DNA from: Aquiluna sp.
GTDB taxonomy: Bacteria > Actinomycetota > Actinomycetes > Actinomycetales > Microbacteriaceae
Assembly (NCBI GenBank): GCA_029241985.1
Contig: JAQWUU010000011.1
Span: 21,687-85,686 of the forward strand
Length of the DNA: 64,000 bases
Direction: 5' to 3'
Of this stretch, positions 61,722-64,000 are shown piece after piece (the first letter of the stretch is position 1; each line of letters starts with the position of its first letter). A program made the position numbers and the translations under genes. The notes below the pieces were generated by a model. That model was given only the letters and a program-made list of their open reading frames with translations, was not told the origin of the DNA and ran no database searches.

Positions 61722-61760
61722 CAACTCGCAGGACTCAAAGCTAAAAAACCCCGGAGAATT

Positions 61761-63134
61761 ATGGCAGCCCAGAAGTTAGACCAAGTTATATCACTAGCGA
61801 AACGAAGGGGTTTCGTTTTTCAAGCAGGTGAAATTTATGGAGGCTCGCGGTCAGCATGGGATTATGGCCCCCTGGGTGTTGAGCTCAAGGAGAACATAAA
61901 GCGCCAGTGGTGGCAATCGATGGTCTCTGGACGTGATGACGTCGTGGGCCTTGATAGCTCGATCATCTTGCCAAAAAAAGTATGGGAAGCATCTGGCCAC
62001 GTTGAGGCTTTCGTTGATCCACTTATCGAGTGCACGTCATGCCATAAGCGTTTTAGGCAGGACCACCTCGAAGAAGCGTTTGAAGAGAAGAAGAAGAGGC
62101 CAGCAACATCAATGGCTGAAATCGCCTGCCCTAACTGTGGCGGTAAAGATTTATGGACTGAGCCAAAAAGCTTCAATGGCCTCTTGAAAACCTCCTTGGG
62201 ACCAGTGGACGACGATTCAGGAATGCACTACCTGCGCCCCGAAACTGCACAGGGAATCTTTGTGAATTTCAACAATGTTCTAAATGTTTCCCGGATGAAG
62301 CCCCCCTTTGGTATTGGTCAGATGGGGAAGAGCTTCCGGAACGAAATTACACCGGGCAATTTTATTTTCAGAACCCGAGAGTTTGAACAAATGGAGATGG
62401 AGTTCTTTGTCAAGCCCGGTGAGGATGAAACCTGGCACGACTACTGGATTGAGCAGCGCCATAACTGGTACCTAAACCTTGGTATAAAACCTGAGAACCT
62501 AAGGCTTTTTGATCACCCAAAGGAAAAACTTTCCCACTACTCGAAACGAACTGTGGACATTGAATATCGATTTGGTTTTCAAGGCAGTGAATTTGGAGAA
62601 CTTGAGGGCATAGCAAACCGAACTGACTTTGACTTGAAAACCCATTCTGAAGCGTCGGGGGTTGATTTGAGCTACTTTGACCCGACAGAGGAACAGCGTT
62701 GGACTCCATTTGTAATCGAGCCGGCAGCCGGCCTCACTCGCTCATTAATGGCGTTCCTGGTCGATGCATATTCCGAAGATGAAGCCCCAAATGCCAAGGG
62801 TGGTGTGGACGTGAGGACCGTGCTGAGATTGGACTACCGTCTTTCTCCAGTCAAGGCTGCGGTTTTGCCACTTAGTCGAAACGAGGCGTTGAACCCAATG
62901 GCTCGCGACCTGGCTGGAGAGCTGAGAAAGCACTGGAACATTGACTTCGATGACGCAGGTGCTATCGGCAGAAGGTATCGCAGACAGGATGAAATCGGGA
63001 CACCTTTTTGTATAACGATTGATTTTGAGAGCCCAGAAGACAGGGCAGTGACCATCAGAGAAAGAGACACTATGGCCCAGGAGCGAGTGTCCCTGGACAA
63101 GGTTTCCTCTTACTTATTTGAGAGGCTTAGCTAG
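61761..63134 (+). CDS. glyQS: Glycine--tRNA ligase, alpha2 (archaeal/eukaryotic) type
   Basis: [43 protein letters not shown] and [12 protein letters not shown] motifs. Confidence 0.96.
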   Translation: MAAQKLDQVISLAKRRGFVFQAGEIYGGSRSAWDYGPLGVELKENIKRQWWQSMVSGRDDVVGLDSSIILPKKVWEASGHVEAFVDPLIECTSCHKRFRQDHLEEAFEEKKKRPATSMAEIACPNCGGKDLWTEPKSFNGLLKTSLGPVDDDSGMHYLRPETAQGIFVNFNNVLNVSRMKPPFGIGQMGKSFRNEITPGNFIFRTREFEQMEMEFFVKPGEDETWHDYWIEQRHNWYLNLGIKPENLRLFDHPKEKLSHYSKRTVDIEYRFGFQGSEFGELEGIANRTDFDLKTHSEASGVDLSYFDPTEEQRWTPFVIEPAAGLTRSLMAFLVDAYSEDEAPNAKGGVDVRTVLRLDYRLSPVKAAVLPLSRNEALNPMARDLAGELRKHWNIDFDDAGAIGRRYRRQDEIGTPFCITIDFESPEDRAVTIRERDTMAQERVSLDKVSSYLFERLS

Positions 63135-63138
63135 TTCA

Positions 63139-64000
63139 TTGGCTCTTCGGTACGGTAGCAGGACATTTGAGGTGCCAGTTGTGCTGGCACCCATGGCAGG
63201 TATAACCAATACCGCTTATCGCAGGCTCTGCCGGGAATATGGCAACGGCCTTTTCGTTTCCGAGATGGTTACTTCCAGAGCGTTGGTGGAACGCACGGAA
63301 GAATCCATGCGTCTAATCGGTCACCATGAGTCAGAAGACTATCGATCGGTTCAGCTTTATGGAGTGGACCCGGCAACCATAGGCAAGGCCGTGGAAATGC
63401 TGGTTCAAGAGGATCGCGCAGATCACATAGACCTGAATTTTGGGTGCCCGGTCGCCAAGGTGACTCGAAAGGGTGGTGGCGCCGCTCTTCCTTGGAAGGC
63501 GGAGCTTTTCGAATCTATCGTCAAGGCTGCGGTAAAGGCCGCCGGTGACGTGCCAGTCACTGTCAAGATGCGGAAGGGCATTGATCAAGATCACCTGACA
63601 TTCCTGGACGCGGGCAAGGCAGCTCGGGATGCTGGGGTTAGTGCTGTCGCGCTGCATGGACGCACTGCAGAGGATTTTTACTCGGGAAAAGCAGACTGGG
63701 ACGCCATTGCTGAGTTGCGCGAATCGTTGCCAGACGTGCAGGTTTTAGGAAACGGCGATATCTGGTCAGCTGCGGATGCAGTGGCAATGATGGAGAAAAC
63801 GGGTGTTGACGGAATTGTGGTCGGAAGGGGCTGTCTTGGGCGGCCTTGGCTGTTTCAGGACCTAGAGCTGGCGATTGCCGATTATCTGAATGGCAAGAAG
63901 GCCGACTCTTTTCAGGAGGTAATGCCAACGCTTGGCGAGGTCGCAACTGCGTTTTATCGGCACGCAGAACTTCTGACCGAATTCTTCGAGGATCAGTCAA
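63139..64000 (+). CDS. dusB: tRNA-dihydrouridine synthase (3'-partial; absent from the ORF track)
   Basis: Hand translation from TTG 63139 gives ALRYGSRTFEVPVVLAPMAGITN...DLNFGCPVAKV...VTVKMR...LHGRT...GNGDI. Confidence 0.93.
   Translation, partial: MALRYGSRTFEVPVVLAPMAGITNTAYRRLCREYGNGLFVSEMVTSRALVERTEESMRLIGHHESEDYRSVQLYGVDPATIGKAVEMLVQEDRADHIDLNFGCPVAKVTRKGGGAALPWKAELFESIVKAAVKAAGDVPVTVKMRKGIDQDHLTFLDAGKAARDAGVSAVALHGRTAEDFYSGKADWDAIAELRESLPDVQVLGNGDIWSAADAVAMMEKTGVDGIVVGRGCLGRPWLFQDLELAIADYLNGKKADSFQEVMPTLGEVATAFYRHAELLTEFFEDQS

Noticed and set aside
63638-64000. 120-aa minus-strand ORF at the window end
   Set aside because: It is antisense to the clear dusB frame, which the ORF track missed because it has no stop inside the window.

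Overview
Gene-dense core-genome segment (about 50% GC by eye) of a streamlined actinobacterium. Gene order and protein types point to Microbacteriaceae, probably the freshwater Luna (Aquiluna/Rhodoluna-like) group; this is an inference. It holds 61 protein-coding genes (msrA and dusB are cut by the window edges), one leader peptide and three tRNAs (Gly-TCC, Pro-TGG, Ala-GGC). I saw no rRNA, CRISPR array, transposase, integrase or prophage. Main blocks: msrA-ssb-ettA; tesB, glbO, mscS, pepN; rpiB-nei; tig-clpP1-clpP2-clpX-benE; valS divergent from ileS-folC-ndk; rne-rplU-rpmA-obgE-proB-proA-nadD-rsfS; an MhqE/MhqD-like dioxygenase/esterase pair; a LexA-boxed two-gene cassette (94-aa protein plus DnaE2) next to an SRAP gene; pabC/pabB; leuS-comEA-comEC-holA; rpsT; lepA-hemW-hrcA-dnaJ-rsmE-HIT-phoH-ybeY-corC-era; LEU leader plus leuA; recO-uppS-glyQS-dusB. 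Best leads: (1) an SOS polymerase cassette with no adjacent imuA/imuB, whose DnaE2 lacks PHP ligands and the ImuB-associated tail but has its own clamp-motif-like QLVFDL, coupled to a small protein that may be a stand-alone ImuB C-terminal domain; (2) a strand-specific three-way-junction RNA with a Pro-rich uORF before ettA; (3) a DnaA-box-like motif before both ssb and comEA-comEC; (4) a leaderless Leu-sensing leader before leuA. Several start codons were reassigned by hand from the ORF track. All family assignments come from motif recognition, not database searches.
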